Part shown: piece after piece, positions 44,559-58,080 of the stretch
Layout: every line of letters begins with the position of its first letter
Position numbering within the stretch: the stretch's first letter is position 1
Notes under the pieces: generated by a model
Told to the model about the DNA's origin: nothing
The model's input: only the letters and a program-made list of their open reading frames with translations
The model's database searches: none
Source of the DNA: Octopus vulgaris
Lineage: Eukaryota
Assembly: GCA_951406725.2 (NCBI GenBank)
Contig: OX597835.1
Span: 3,658,001-3,722,000 of the forward strand
Direction of reading: 5' to 3'
DNA length: 64,000 nucleotides
Position numbers and translations under genes: made by a program

Positions 44559-44641
44559 TAAAGATTTTTAGAAATGTTTACTACAAGTGGCCTAGCGGGT
44601 AGAAAAATTAGTCAATAGACTATATATTATTCATACAAAAT

Positions 44642-44760
44642 ACAGTGTATGTTTAAACACATTAAGAGGTATCCATTATAGGATCCCTTGCACGCTAGAA
44701 GGAACAGCGTGTAAGGAATCCTATGATTGATACCTCTTATGTGTTTTAAATATACACTGT
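44642..44760. repeat. Hairpin-forming inverted repeat (arms about 54 bp)
   Basis: ACAGTGTATGTTTAAACAC...CACGCT / AGCGTG...AAATATACACTGT. The arm is related to the direct repeats at 13288-13372. Confidence 0.8.
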
Positions 44761-44761
44761 T

Positions 44762-44944
44762 AGATCGCTTGCCCCTACGCATTCTTTATTTTCTCTCCTT
44801 GTTTCTTTCTGTGTTCCTTTCTGAGGAAGAGCGTAGGCTCGAAACGTTAAAGACTTTTTCACTTCCCGAGCATTAAACTAATACATCTGTTTGTTGTCTA
44901 CACCACCTGTCTTCGTCTTTTTTTTTTTTTTTTGTGAATTCTCC

Positions 44945-44946
<2 letters not shown>
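44762..44946 (+). mobile_element. Short hammerhead-bearing PLE-type terminus (family P2), copy 2, intact core
   Basis: CUUU-CUGAGGA-A-GAGC(GUAG)GCUC-GAAAC-GUU-AAAG at 44817-44852; ends CTCCCT followed by (TA)n. Confidence 0.75.
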
Positions 44947-44983
<37 letters not shown>

Positions 44984-45603
44984 CAATTCAAAAGATCACA
45001 GAGAAAAGAAGATAAAAGAAAAGAACAAACAAACGTATGGACGTAGTATAAGAAATGTATTAATAAGACGCTCAGAGAAGGAAAAGAATAGTAGTTTTAC
45101 ATTTCGGGCGTAGCTCTTCTTGGAAAACAGGAAAAGCTGGAAAGTCCAGGATGAAGGAGGAAAAAACATCGCTAACAATCACGTGCTTTTACATTTCTGA
45201 AGTGACCGGAAGTAGAAGTAAAGAAGAGAAAGTGCTCTCTGGGACAGAATTGTGTGAAAATGTTTAGTATGTATGTGTGTGTGTGTGTGTGTGAGTGGTA
45301 GCGTGTGCGTGTCTGTATGTGTGTATGTGTGTCTGTATGTGTGTGTGCGTGTGTGCACATGTATATGAGGATGTGTGTCTGTGTGTCGCTGTCACTCTCT
45401 CGCTGTATATGTGTGTGTACGTGTGTGCATGTGGGGATGTGTATGTGTCTATGTGCGTGTGAGTGTATGTGGAAGTGTATGTACGTGCGTATATATGAGT
45501 GCATGTGTGTGTGTGTTGTGTATGTGGAGGGTTGTGTCTGTAGAGGTATATGTGCGTTCATGTGTGTGCGCGTGTCTGTGTGTACATGCGTGCGTGTGTG
45601 TGA

Positions 45604-45897
45604 AGGGTATCCGCGACGCAGGAACAAAAGGGCCTAGTATTGGGACTAAGTCTCGAAATCCTGGTCCCGGCTGCACAGGCGTCGGAGGCGGAGGAACTGG
45701 GGCTAGGGGATGGCCCGTTTGGTGTCGGTGGGATAGGAGGAGGAAAAGTTGAGGTAGAGGTGGAGTCCGTGGGTTTAAAGAAGGCGGAGGTGGTGATAGA
45801 ATGGGTGACGGGATCAATGGAGAGAGAGAGAGAGAGATCGTGGAAGTTTACGGAAGTATCAGAGATGGTAAAGGGGAATTCAAGAGAAGGAATTTTC
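45604..45897 (-). pseudogene. Penelope-like reverse transcriptase C-terminal fragment (frameshifted, with stops)
   Basis: PSLEFPFTISDTSVNFHDLSL...ITTSAFFKPTDS / HLYLNFSSSYPTDTKRAIP..QFLRLRRLCSRDQDFE...FLRRGYP matches the PLE RT thumb pattern KPTD..YL..SS.HP...K..IP.SQ..R.RR.CS...F..RGYP. A decayed hammerhead lies downstream at 45094-45128 (minus). Confidence 0.85.
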
Positions 45898-46079
45898 CGT
45901 TTGATTACAAATTGGCTCAGAGGAGAATAATCTCTCAAAGCATCGCACCTGTCTATGACTCTCAGGTGTTCTAACACCCGGCGCGGGCCAGTAGCTTCAA
46001 ATTACTATCAATCGTTCCCTTGTTTTTCTTTTTTGATCCTCAATTCACACAGTTTAACATGTTGAAACTAATCTATTCT

Positions 46080-47595
46080 TGAGATGGCCAGCATATTTAT
46101 ACATATTATCTCATTCTTAGCAATGATTTCATTAAGTTTGTCTCTTCTGCAGCATTCTTTGCAAATTTCTACCTTTATTTCAACACATTCTCTATTTAAT
46201 CTTATATATTATATTCTACTTATTGTATCTTATCATTTTCTTGCATTCCAAAACATTTTGGGGTTCGTTCTTGTTTAATTCTTTAATTTCCATCTCGGTG
46301 TTTTAATATTCTCAGTTTTAGTGAATTTAGCTGTTTTTTATAGCAGCTTCGGCCCATTTGTCTAATCCTGTTCTCACTTTTATGTCTTTGTTCAGTTTAT
46401 GAACAATTTTTAGTTTGTTTGCCAAATAAGCATTATTGTTTGTAAATGTTTCTACATCTTCCTTATATCTTCCTATATCTTCCTTCGTCTGTTAGAGTAA
46501 ACATTGATGGTTTCGTTCAACAGTTTCACTTTTGCAGTCAGTGCTTGTCTAATTAAAAGGTGCAGATAATTACTAATCTCTGAATAATTAGATAATGAGT
46601 CTCATTAGATAAGTAATCATTTGATGAGTCTGACACTGGTTTTGGTTATCTTCTCTTTACGTTGTCGTGATTGTCATTGTTTTCCATTTTGACACGAAAT
46701 TATTAAAATACATTGTCAGCAATGGGGCTGTTTCATTTACACAGAGTATCTCCTTTATCCAAAGATATGATAGACTATTAAATACTTTTGGCAACTCAAT
46801 TCCAGCCATGCTAAAAGCTTTGTTTTCCTTTTTTTTTTTTTTTTGCTATCTTCTTTTCTATCTCGTTTCCCTCGCAGCAGCTCTTTAGAACTAAATATCT
46901 CTTTTCGCTAACCTTTCTGCCCTTTGGCAATATACTAATACTCTCCAGGTGAATAATAAAACCTCTTCTAAAGTATCGATGTATGAGCTTTGTATGTTGC
47001 TGTCAAGCAAAATCTAAGCTTTTGGTGATCTTTGGTGCTTTATTTTATATTTATATTTACTTTTGGAATTAACGTTTTCCTCCTGGCAGCCATTTATCTA
47101 TCAATTTTGATTTGCAGACCAGTTAACTGAGATCTTTCGCTATAGACCCATGGGGACAAGTCGTGTGCTTCTTCTCACAGATATTGGTGATTTCCTTGCC
47201 ATTTATAGCCGGAATTATTCTATTCTTTTCCTCTACAACATTCCACTCGGAATACTTGGATTTCTAACATCTAATATTAAGTTTGTTCTTCTTATTTCTG
47301 TCGGTCTTCATGCTCCATTTTCCTCGGAAAGCTTCATTTTTTTCAAAGTGTTTTATCCTGCATGCTGTTGCTTTATTTACTCTCTTTACTCTTTTTACTC
47401 TTTTACTTGTTTCAGTCATTTGACTGCGGCCATGCTGGAGCACCACCTTTAGTTGAGCAAATCGACCCTGGGACTTATTCTTTGTAAGCCCAGTACTTAT
47501 TCTATCGGTCTCTTTTGTCGAACCGCTAAGTGACGGGGACGTAAACACACCAGCATCGGTTGTCAAGCAATGCTAGGGGGACAAACACAGACACA

Positions 47596-47655
<60 letters not shown>

Positions 47656-48270
47656 CATATATATATACATATATACGACAGGCTTCTTTCAGTTTCCGTC
47701 TACCAAATCCACTCAGAAGGCATTGGTCGGCCCGGGGCTATAGTAGAAGACACTTGGCCAAGATGCCACGCAGTGGGACTGAACCCGGAACCATGTGGTT
47801 GGTAAACAAGCTACTTACCACACAGCCACTACTTCATAGCCCTACTTTTTATTTTATATATTGTTGGGTTTTTTTAAAATGCTGTCTGCCTTCTTTTCTA
47901 TTCCTCAAAGTAATAAAGTAATAATTCTCTTTTCCAGTTGCATATCCTTTTGGCAGAGTCGGGGTGGTTGAGGCGGATCTGACTTTATAAGTAATAATCC
48001 CAAGTTTTCCATTGCACTACAACTATGGTGAATAGATCAGAATATTCTGTTCGTTAGCATTCGGATTAAGATTATCCCAGGGGTTGGAATTAGTGCTTTT
48101 ATTCATTTGTTCTTTTAGAACTGAACGTTTGTTTCTTCTGCAGAATTCTTTGCTAATCTCTACCTTGATTTCTACGAATTCTATATTTAATCTTATATAT
48201 TATATTCAACTTATTGTATCGCATCCTTTTCTTGTTTCCCAACGTATTTTTGGGATGGTTCTTCTTTATA
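46080..48270 (-). mobile_element. Highly decayed, partially tandem PLE-like element (GIY-YIG traces), interrupted by a family B SINE
   Basis: Direct repeat of about 125 bp at 46143-46271 and 48134-48262. Its minus strand reads NIIYKIK.R.C, similar to the GIY-YIG start V.Y.I.C..C; a WDN motif follows downstream. Confidence 0.4.
47375..47830 (-). mobile_element. Near full-length SINE family B
   Basis: Reverse complement of the 44139 copy, lacking only the first few head bases. Confidence 0.95.
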
Positions 48271-48628
48271 AGCGTTCGATACTACATGACATAATTCCTT
48301 TTTGGCACTGGATTTCGAAACACATATAAAGTTATAAATAATAAGCATGTAAATATTGGGTTCAAAAACCCTTTTGGATAGAAAAACTGGAAGGCTGCCC
48401 CTTAGACTTGAACCCAGTAATTCAGATATTGCTAAGCCAGTTTACGAATGAAAAAAGGAGGAGTCATGCACGACAGGTCGATGAAACCGTTTATATAGAC
48501 TTCAAGATTCCTCTTCATATTTACGTCCATTTATTAGTTGCATATCCATACTTAAACATTATATGAAAAATGTAAACACAAATTAGGTATTCGATCCTCG
48601 GTGGTTATTGTACGCAGATCATAATAAT

Positions 48629-48659
<31 letters not shown>

Positions 48660-49007
48660 GTAATAATTGTAATAATAATAATAATAATAATAATAACAAC
48701 AACAACAATAGCAACAACAATACTAATAATAATAATAACAACAACAGTAATACTGACAATCATGATTTTTTTTATATATACATGCATGTGTGTGTATATA
48801 TATACATGTGTGTGTGAGTGTGTATGTATGTATGTAAATATATATATATATATATATTTATATGTATGCATGTATATATATGTACGAACATATAAGCATA
48901 CACACGTCCTGGTACACATGCACTCATACATGTTTAATCCGTAATATTGCTCTGCTGCTAAGTAATGCCTCATATATGTCTCTCTCTCTCTTTCTCTCTC
49001 TCTCTCT

Positions 49008-49070
<63 letters not shown>

Positions 49071-49220
49071 ATAAGTATATATATATATATATATATATAT
49101 ATAACCAGCAATTTGAAACCATATTAATTCAGGGAGTGACAAGTTTAAAAGAAAAATTTACCATGTCTTTCCACTTAGAGTGAATAAAATATTTAATCCA
49201 TAATAGGTAATTCGGCAATA

Positions 49221-49340
<120 letters not shown>

Positions 49341-50398
49341 TGTGTGTGTATATATATATATATGTGTGTGTGTGTGTATATATATATGAGTGTGTGTGTG
49401 TGTGTATGTATATGTGCGCGCACGAGTGTATGCGTGCGAATGTGTGGCAATTTATGTATGAATGTATATGTGTACGTGTGTGTGTATGTATCTGTATATG
49501 CGTGCGCGCGCGTGATTAAAGTCGAGTTACAATAAAAACAATTTTACGTATTTTTTACTCAAGATTTTTTAAAACTATTATTATTAGTGTTTTGTAGCAT
49601 TTCGTTATTTGCCCTTTTCAGATAAAAATGGATTCCTCGTGCAATTTTAATAATTGATATTTAAATCATTGACATCAAACAAAAATATGCCGTGTAGGCC
49701 AATGCAAACTGTAGGCAAAGTTTCGGTTATTTTGCGCTTCTTAGGTGGTCCCTAAACTCCAAGGTGGGCTTTGGCCGGTCGCTCTAGACCTTACACATCC
49801 CTTAATATCATGGTTGAGCAACAATTACTTCTGCAAAATAAATCTAGGACCGGAAACTTCAGACAAGACCGTCCATCGTCTTCGTCGTAGCCGTTGCCAC
49901 AGCGATAGTTCATCCCACCACCACCACCACTGGGAGGGCTACGCCACCTTCACATAGATGTTTAGCTTTCCAAGACAATTGATCGTTTCGTCTTTGGGCT
50001 CCAGAATATATACATCTATGATGATGATGATGATGGTGGTAACAGCAACAACAACAACAATTCTAAGAAAACGGAGAGGATCATTGCGAAACGTAAGAAA
50101 CTCTACGGTGTTTTTACGGAGTTCATTTTTGTATACCACATGATCAAAAATGGTGGACACATGACGACGCTAGGGTGGGGTTGATGGCCTGGGTACTCAT
50201 AGGGGGTGGGGTTCACGGTGGTGATGGTGGTAGTGGGTGTTGGTATTTAAAGAAAACCACCGATAAAGAGCCGTTCTTTCGAGTCTTTATCGAAACCAGA
50301 GATCGTCAAGAACGTAAATTTACAAATTCTTCCAGTAACCTTTCATACTTAAAAGTAAGTGGATTATCTTATGTTTGTATGTTTGTGTACGCGTATAT

Positions 50399-50465
<67 letters not shown>

Positions 50466-50728
50466 AGACACATACACCCCCACATATATATATGTGTGTG
50501 TGTATATATATTTATATGTACATATATATATATATTTATGTATATATATTTATATGTACATATATATATATATATATTTATATGTATGTATATATATATA
50601 TATATATATTTATGTATATATGTATGTTTATATATGTATGTATACATATATATGCATATATATATATATGTATATATATTTTTATATATATATATATATG
50701 TATATATATGTATATATATATATGTGTG

Positions 50729-50789
<61 letters not shown>

Positions 50790-51038
50790 TGTATATAATA
50801 GAGAGAACAGAAATTTGAATAAGTACGTTTGACTATATAGTAACATACCCGACTGTAGACTTCCAGGAAGAGAAAAATATTCACTCAAATTTAGATGTTG
50901 ACATTTATAAATACTAAATTTTTATTTGGAATATTTTTTATTAAATTCTTCGATTTATTTAAAGGACAAAGCATTTCCCGATAAAATGTTACCCAGAAAC
51001 AATTGCGATCAACATCATCATCACCACCAACAACAACA

Positions 51039-51085
<47 letters not shown>

Positions 51086-51100
51086 ATTATTATTATTGTT

Positions 51101-51309
51101 TAGTAGTTTTATTTTTGTATCGTGCTTTCACTTCACTACCGAGCGCAGCTCTGTGTGCCTTGGGTATGTGCTGTGATTTGTTGTGATGCTCTGATGGTTA
51201 TTGTATGGAAAGTGTTCTGCGTAGGATGTGTGCAGTGCCTAGTAGTGCAATTTTCTGTATGTTATATGTGTTTGTAAGTCCTGGTGTTTTTGTTATGTAT
51301 TTGTCTGAA

Positions 51310-51310
<1 letters not shown>
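51101..51310 (-). mobile_element. R4/Dong-like 3' end inserted in (TAA)n
   Basis: [36 protein letters not shown]; (TTA)n on both sides. Confidence 0.82.
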
Positions 51311-51384
<74 letters not shown>

Positions 51385-51424
51385 TATTATTGTTGTTGTT
51401 GTTGTTATGCCCTACACCTCCTCC

Positions 51425-51605
51425 TAAGCACATGGGGCAAAATGCTTTGTGTCGATTCTTCCATCTATACATTCTGAGTTCAAATTCCGCCGAGGCTGAC
51501 TTTACCTTTCGTCTTTCCGGGTTCGATAAAATAAATACCAGTTGAATATTATTGTCGATGTAATAGACTTGCCCGCTCACCCGAGATTGCTGACCTTGTG
51601 CCAAA

Positions 51606-51608
<3 letters not shown>
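51425..51608 (+). mobile_element. Diverged SINE family A (tail type 2)
   Basis: CTGAGTTCAAATTCCGCCGAGG...CCTTGTGCCAAAATT followed by (ATT)n. Confidence 0.8.
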
Positions 51609-51670
<62 letters not shown>

Positions 51671-51779
51671 AATAGGTGCTAGTTAACAACTGTGGTCGAT
51701 GTAATGGACCCATCCCCAAAACTGCTGCAATTGTGGGGAAATTTTGAAACCATTTATTATTATCATTATCATTATTATT

Positions 51780-52166
51780 AAGGCGGCGAGCTGGCAGAAG
51801 CGTTAGAACGCCGGGCGAAATGCTTAGCAGTATTTCGTCTGCCGCTACGTTCTGAGTTCAAATTCCGCCAAATCGACTTTGCCTTTCATCCTTATTGATT
51901 AAATAAGTACTAGTTACGCACTGGGGTCGATATAATTGACTTAATTCGTTTGTCTGTCCTTGTTTGTCCCCTCTGTGTGTAGCCCCTTGTGGGTAGTAAA
52001 GAAATAGGTATTTCATCTGCCACTACGTTCTGAATTCAAATTCTACCGAGGTCGACTTTGCCTTTCATCCTTTCGGGGTCGATTAAATAAGTAGCAGTTA
52101 CGCACTGGGGTCGATATAATTGACTTAATCCGTTTGTCTTTATTTGGGCAATAAAGAAATAAGAAA
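51780..52166 (+). mobile_element. SINE family A tandem dimer
   Basis: Same internal junction AAAGAAATA|GGTATTTC (52006/52007) as at 2590/2591. Confidence 0.92.
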
Positions 52167-52398
52167 CTGAAAGAAGTGTGTGTCTTTGCATCCGTGTTTG
52201 TCCCCAAAACCACTTGACAGCTAGTGTTGGTGTGTTTACGTCCCGTAACTTAGTGGTTCGGCAAAAGAAGCAATAGAACAAGTAGCAAGCTTTAAAAAAA
52301 AACTCAGAAAAGTGTGGGGTTCGATTAGTTCCGCTGAAAATTCCTCAAGGCGGTGCCCTAGCATCACCGCAACATAATGACTAAAAACAAGTAAAAAT
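52163..52398 (+). mobile_element. Diverged SINE family B 3' half
   Basis: GAAACTGAAAGAAG...GGTGTGTTTACGTCCCGTAACTTAG...CAAGGCGGTGCCCTAGCAT. Confidence 0.8.
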
Positions 52399-52443
52399 TA
52401 CACACATACATACACACATACACACACTCACTTTATAAATATA

Positions 52444-52608
52444 GTCGCAGGAGTAGCCGTGTGGTAAGTAGCTTGCTTACCAACCACATGGTTGTAGGTT
52501 CAGTTCCACTGCGTAGCACCTTGGGCAAGTGTCTTCTACTATAGCCTCGGGCCAACCAAAGCCTTGTGAGTGGATTTAGTAGACGGAAACTGAAAGAATC
52601 CCGTCGTA

Positions 52609-52659
<51 letters not shown>

Positions 52660-52880
52660 ATGTGTATATGTTTGTGTGTCTGTGTTTGCCCCCCCCCCCT
52701 CCAGCATCGCTTGACAACAGATGCTGGTGTGTTTACGTCCCTGTGAGTTAGCGGTTTGGCCAAAGAGACTGATAGAATAAGTACTGGGCTAACAAAGAAT
52801 AAGTCCTGGGGGAGGATTTGCTCGACTAAAGGCGGTGCTCCAGCATGGCCGCAGTCAAATGACTGAAACAAGTAAAAACA
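52444..52880 (+). mobile_element. Full-length SINE family B
   Basis: Runs from head GTCGCAGGAGTAGCCGTGTGG to tail GACTGAAACAAGTAAAA. Confidence 0.94.
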
Positions 52881-53314
52881 AAATAATATTTGCGAATGTG
52901 TGTCTGTGTGTACATGTATCCGTGTGTATCCGTGTGTATCCGTGTGTGTATGTGTGTGTGTGTGCTCGCCTATGTACCACGTAATCAGTGGATTTAAACA
53001 CGTGTATCGATAGGTAAACATTAAGCATTATCTAACATGATGATGTTCTTGGTTGCTCAGTGTTTCATACATGCGTCCATTAACAAATGGGATCTGATAA
53101 GGAGGACATTGCTATCTCACCAACACCGAATTCACAAACTCTCTGCAGCCCCTTTCCTCCAGCATCTAAAATTATACCACCAAGGAAGACACCTTTTTTC
53201 AGATGGTGTGGAACGAAGGGTGAAGCCGTTTATGACCCCCGCTCCTGGCGGTAAGGCCAAAACAAACACTTCTTCCTTCACCTCTTCGTGCTTTGACTCT
53301 TAAATGGTGTGCCG

Positions 53315-53418
53315 TATTATCATTAATATTATTATTATTATTATCATCATCATCATCATCATCATCATTATTATTATTATTATTATTATCATTATTATTA
53401 TTATCATCATCATCATCA

Positions 53419-53461
<43 letters not shown>

Positions 53462-53469
53462 CATTATTA

Positions 53470-53524
<55 letters not shown>

Positions 53525-53553
53525 CATTATTATTATTATCATCATCATCATCA

Positions 53554-53622
<69 letters not shown>

Positions 53623-53680
53623 ATAATAATGATAATGATGATGATGATGATAATGATGATAATAATAATGATAATAAAAA
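53315..53680. repeat. Compound (TTA/TCA)n followed by inverted (ATA/ATG)n microsatellite
   Basis: Direct inspection; polarity switches near 53620. Confidence 0.95.
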
Positions 53681-54037
53681 TGATTTCATTTATTTGCCAC
53701 AAGGGTGAAGGATGAGGGGGACAATATAGAGACAGACATAAAATGTTGGGGTTTACATATAATGAAATGATAAAAAAAAAAGTGAAAGAAAGAGAGTAAA
53801 CGCGGTATAGACTGAAAAAGAAGTGACGTATGCATAGCATAGAAAGTTTTTTTTAAAAAAAACAGGCGGGGATGATGATTGAGGCGTGGCCCTCCTGATA
53901 CAGGAAAACTTCTAGGGGATAATCGAGGAACCCCACTGTCCGAAATTTCCCTGAAACCCCAGGAGCAAGTGCCCTCTCCAGTTCCTGTATTTATATATAT
54001 AAATGTATGCATGTATATATACATATATATATATAAA

Positions 54038-54076
<39 letters not shown>

Positions 54077-54634
54077 GCGCGCAGATATATTTATCTTCGT
54101 TTTATTACATATAATTTTCCAAGTCCGAAAGGATCACATTCTTTCCTATGAACGTTACTTTCGCATGTCCTAATTCCGTCGTACAGCTGAAAGGATCTCT
54201 ACACATAAAAATACTTGTACCGTTTATCATATATATATTTTTTTATACATTTCTGTCTTTGCCTATACGTTTGATATATGTTCCTGTCTTTGTCATAACT
54301 CACGCTTTTTACCGTTCGATCTGGAAACCACGTCTCTCTCTCTCTATATATATATTTTTAAACTTTTTTGTCTCATTCTCTACTTCGTGTTCGCTCACTT
54401 ACACCCCGGCAGCTTTGTGCCGATGACACAACCGAATTGGACGATGTTATCAATAAGGAGTCGAAGTTGTGATGAGTTGTGGTTGAATAACTGTTTAGAC
54501 CTGAGCATGTCTATGTCCGTTGTGTGTCTTGTCATGGTTTCCATGATTTCTGTACGTTTTTATAGCTGTCCTCTTGAGTCACACACTCACACACACATAG
54601 AGATATAAATAGAGAAATTTATATATATATATAT

Positions 54635-54906
54635 AACGTCGCCCTTTTTCAAGCCTAGCCAGGCTCATGGGCCCGGTTTCCCGGTTTCTGACGCCAGTCC
54701 ATCACAGCGTTACTCAAGAAACAGGAAGAGTGAGAGAAAGTTGTGGCGAAAGTGTACAACAGAGGTCGCCACCACCCCCTACCGGACTCTCGTGGTGCAT
54801 TTAGGTGTTTTCGCTCAATAAACACACACAACTTCTGGTCTGGGAATCGAAACCGCGATCCTCCGACTGCGAGTCCGCTGCCCTAACCACTGGGCCATTG
54901 CGCCTC
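54635..54906 (-). mobile_element. tRNA-headed SINE family E
   Basis: Reverse complement head GGCGCAATGGCCCAGTGGTTAGGGCAGCGGACTCGCAGTCGGAGGATCGCGGTTTCGATTCCC with A and B boxes, followed by a non-tRNA body. Confidence 0.82.
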
Positions 54907-54959
54907 TCTATTTTTCTCTCTCTCTCTCTTTCTATATATATATATATATATATATATTT

Positions 54960-54996
<37 letters not shown>

Positions 54997-55065
54997 AATG
55001 AATTTTTTATGTAATGAGATAAAAAACCAAGGCTGTGTAGATATTAGATCATTTATAGATAGAAG

Positions 55066-55117
55066 ATCTTACAGCTGTTTCTAGGATATTTATTAACTAT
55101 ATCCCTTCATCGGAGAC
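55066..55117 (-). ncRNA. Minimal type-I hammerhead-like motif (U4C core variant)
   Basis: GUCU-CCGAUGA-A-GGGAUAU/AUAUCCU-A-GAAAC-AGCU-GUA-AGAU; palindromic ACAGCUGU stem III. Confidence 0.6.
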
Positions 55118-55328
55118 GGTGTGAGAGGATGGTTAAGTCATGGTTAGTTTAGATGTGATGCAAAACAGAGAGTGAGGTGGAGGAAAGAGTGTAGCTGCAA
55201 GATATGTATGGGTTTTGAAGTTGTGGATCCATTTTTTAGGCAGAATGGTATATATGTAAGATTCCAATACCTTATGAGTAAAGTCCGACAGAGTTTAAAA
55301 TGGTTCCCTCCAAATATAGAGTTTACAC

Positions 55329-55384
<56 letters not shown>

Positions 55385-55397
55385 CATACATACATAC

Positions 55398-55486
<89 letters not shown>

Positions 55487-55872
55487 TACACATTCATATA
55501 TATATATATATATATATACATATATATATGTTTGTGTGTGTGTGCACAGATATGTATACCTCTGTTTTCTCTCTATCTCTCTCTCTTTCTCTCTTTCTGC
55601 ATACACATATGTTATATTTGTGTGAATGCATCCACAGGAATTTTGTGCTATACGCAGATATGTATGTCGATGTACGCTATCTAAAACTATTCAGATTTAT
55701 CATATTTGTTCTTTGTTTCTGGGGTTCTTTAATTCCTTATGATAATGGCGTGCTGCCAAGAAACATAAAAATACTTAATTACGGTTTTCGTGGATGATTA
55801 GATATATGTCATTAAACTCCACTTATTATCATCAACACCATCATCATCATTATTATTGTTGTTGTTGTTGTA

Positions 55873-55920
<48 letters not shown>

Positions 55921-56221
55921 TTCTTTATTTTTTTCTTTTGCTTTACTAGGTTCATCATCGTGGGCATCAGGTATGAACCGTATGTATATATATATATATC
56001 ATTATGCACGTGTGTGTGTGTGTATACATACATACATACATACACATACATGAGTGTGTATGTATATGCGTGTATGTTCGTTTTTTCTGTGTATGTGTGT
56101 ACATGTTTGTTTTCATACGTTGTTCACATTGTTGTCTGCATGTGCTGCCATCTATTGGCGATGGCTTAATAGATTCAGTTGAAAGGTGGGGATAATACTT
56201 TGCGATATCTAGATACATGTG

Positions 56222-56430
56222 AAGGAGGCAGGTTGGCCGAATCGTTAACACACCGGACTAAATGCCTAGCGTCATCTTCTCCATCTTTACGTTCGAATTC
56301 TGCCGATGTCGACTTTGCCTTTCATCTTTTTTAAGGTCGATAAAATAAGAACCACTTGAGCACTGGGGTCGATGTAATCGACTGTACCGACCCCAATACT
56401 CCACTCTCTGTGCCTATTGTAGTAAGGATA
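56222..56430 (+). mobile_element. Diverged SINE family A
   Basis: GTCGACTTTGCCTTTCATC...CTGGGGTCGATGTAATCGAC. Confidence 0.8.
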
Positions 56431-56572
56431 TTCAGATACATGTCTTTATGTTTTGAGATCAAATCCCACCGAAATCTTTCCTTCTCCAAGGGTCGATAAA
56501 ATTAATCTGCTCTGTTGAAGAAATATTTTATTTACCATGTGTCCTTATTACAAAAGAAGGAAAACCATTTGA

Positions 56573-56622
<50 letters not shown>

Positions 56623-56633
56623 TATTATTATTT

Positions 56634-56760
56634 AAGGCGGGAGCTGGCAGAAACGTTAGCACGCAGGGCGAAATGCTTGGCGGAATTTCGTCTGTCTTTA
56701 CATTCTGAGTTCAAATTCCGCCGAGGTCGACTTTCCCTTCTATCCTTTCTGGGTTGATAA
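56634..56760 (+). mobile_element. SINE family A 5' half after (TTA)n
   Basis: AAGGCGGGAGCTGGCAGAAACGTTAGCACG...GAGGTCGACTTT. Confidence 0.88.
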
Positions 56761-57689
56761 GCCGGAATGCTTAGCAGTATTTTGGCTGATGAGAGGTGAA
56801 TTCTGGTATTTCAGACTGGGTCATTATTTAGAATAAATTTCTCATTGAAGAAAGATCCTAACCCGAAACGTCAGATCTCCCCTACCTTCACAAATTTATG
56901 TTACAACGTTTACTAATCAGCACATTCATGTAAAACGTTAAACTGTTGTTTGTTGATATGGAGTTCTAACACACTAAGTAGGAGTAGTAGTAGTAGTTGT
57001 TGTTAAGGTCACAGGAAATACACAAAAAACATACGACAAAAATAAAAAAAACAAATAATCATACCTCCCCTTACACACACACACAAACAAACAAACAAAC
57101 AAGCACACACACACATACAAACACACACATACACACACACATACACACACACACATACACACACACACATACGCACACACAGAGATTAAAATAAATGAAT
57201 CAATTGTTTTCCTCTGTCATATGACGCTCGTCTCCAAATCCGTTGTATCGGTTGGTCATCGACAGAGGTTCCGGGATCGTTGTTTCGAATCAGGTCAAAA
57301 GAACAAACTCGGGATAACAAAATTAATCTCACCGGATACAGACAGGATGTAGTGGAACTAAAATTACTGATAACGGAACAAAAGCAACGGATTTTCATAT
57401 CCGGTTTCAAATTCATCGTTCTCCAAGCCGATATTACTACTTTAAAATAATATCTGAAAGGCTACACTATTCAACAACAACAACAACGATAACGACAACA
57501 AGATCAGCATCTACAACAACTAGACAATAGTATAGTTAGCAGCGACCTAGTGGCATTGGTATAGAAGAAGTTAGGTTGGTAGGTCTGCGTTTCCGTACTT
57601 AACTTTCTGTCTTGTATAGGGAACGCCTCACCGAAGCAAAAACATACAAAAGAATATTTATGAATAAGTGAGACCAGAACATGTGACTC

Positions 57690-57970
57690 ATGTATGTATG
57701 TATGTATGTATGTATGTATGTATGTATGTATGTATGTATGTATGTATGTATGTATGTATGTATGTATGTGTGTATGCATGTATGTATGTATGAATGTATG
57801 TATGTATGTATGCATGTATGTGTGTGTGTATGTATGCATGCATGTATGTATGTATGTATGTATGTATGTATGTATGTATGTATGCATGTATGTATGTATG
57901 TATGTATGTATGTATGTATGTGTATGTATGTATGTATGCATGTATGTATGTATGTATGTATGTATATATG

Positions 57971-58004
<34 letters not shown>

Positions 58005-58080
58005 TGTATGTATGTGTGTGTGTATGTATGCATGCATGTATGTATGTATGTATGTATGTATGTATGTATGTATGTATGTG
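57690..58080. repeat. (TATG)n microsatellite with variants
   Basis: Direct inspection. Confidence 0.97.

Noticed and set aside
54835-54906. tRNA gene candidates (also 31370-31440 and the family A/B heads)
   Set aside because: No complete cloverleaf or acceptor stem, and each continues into a SINE body.
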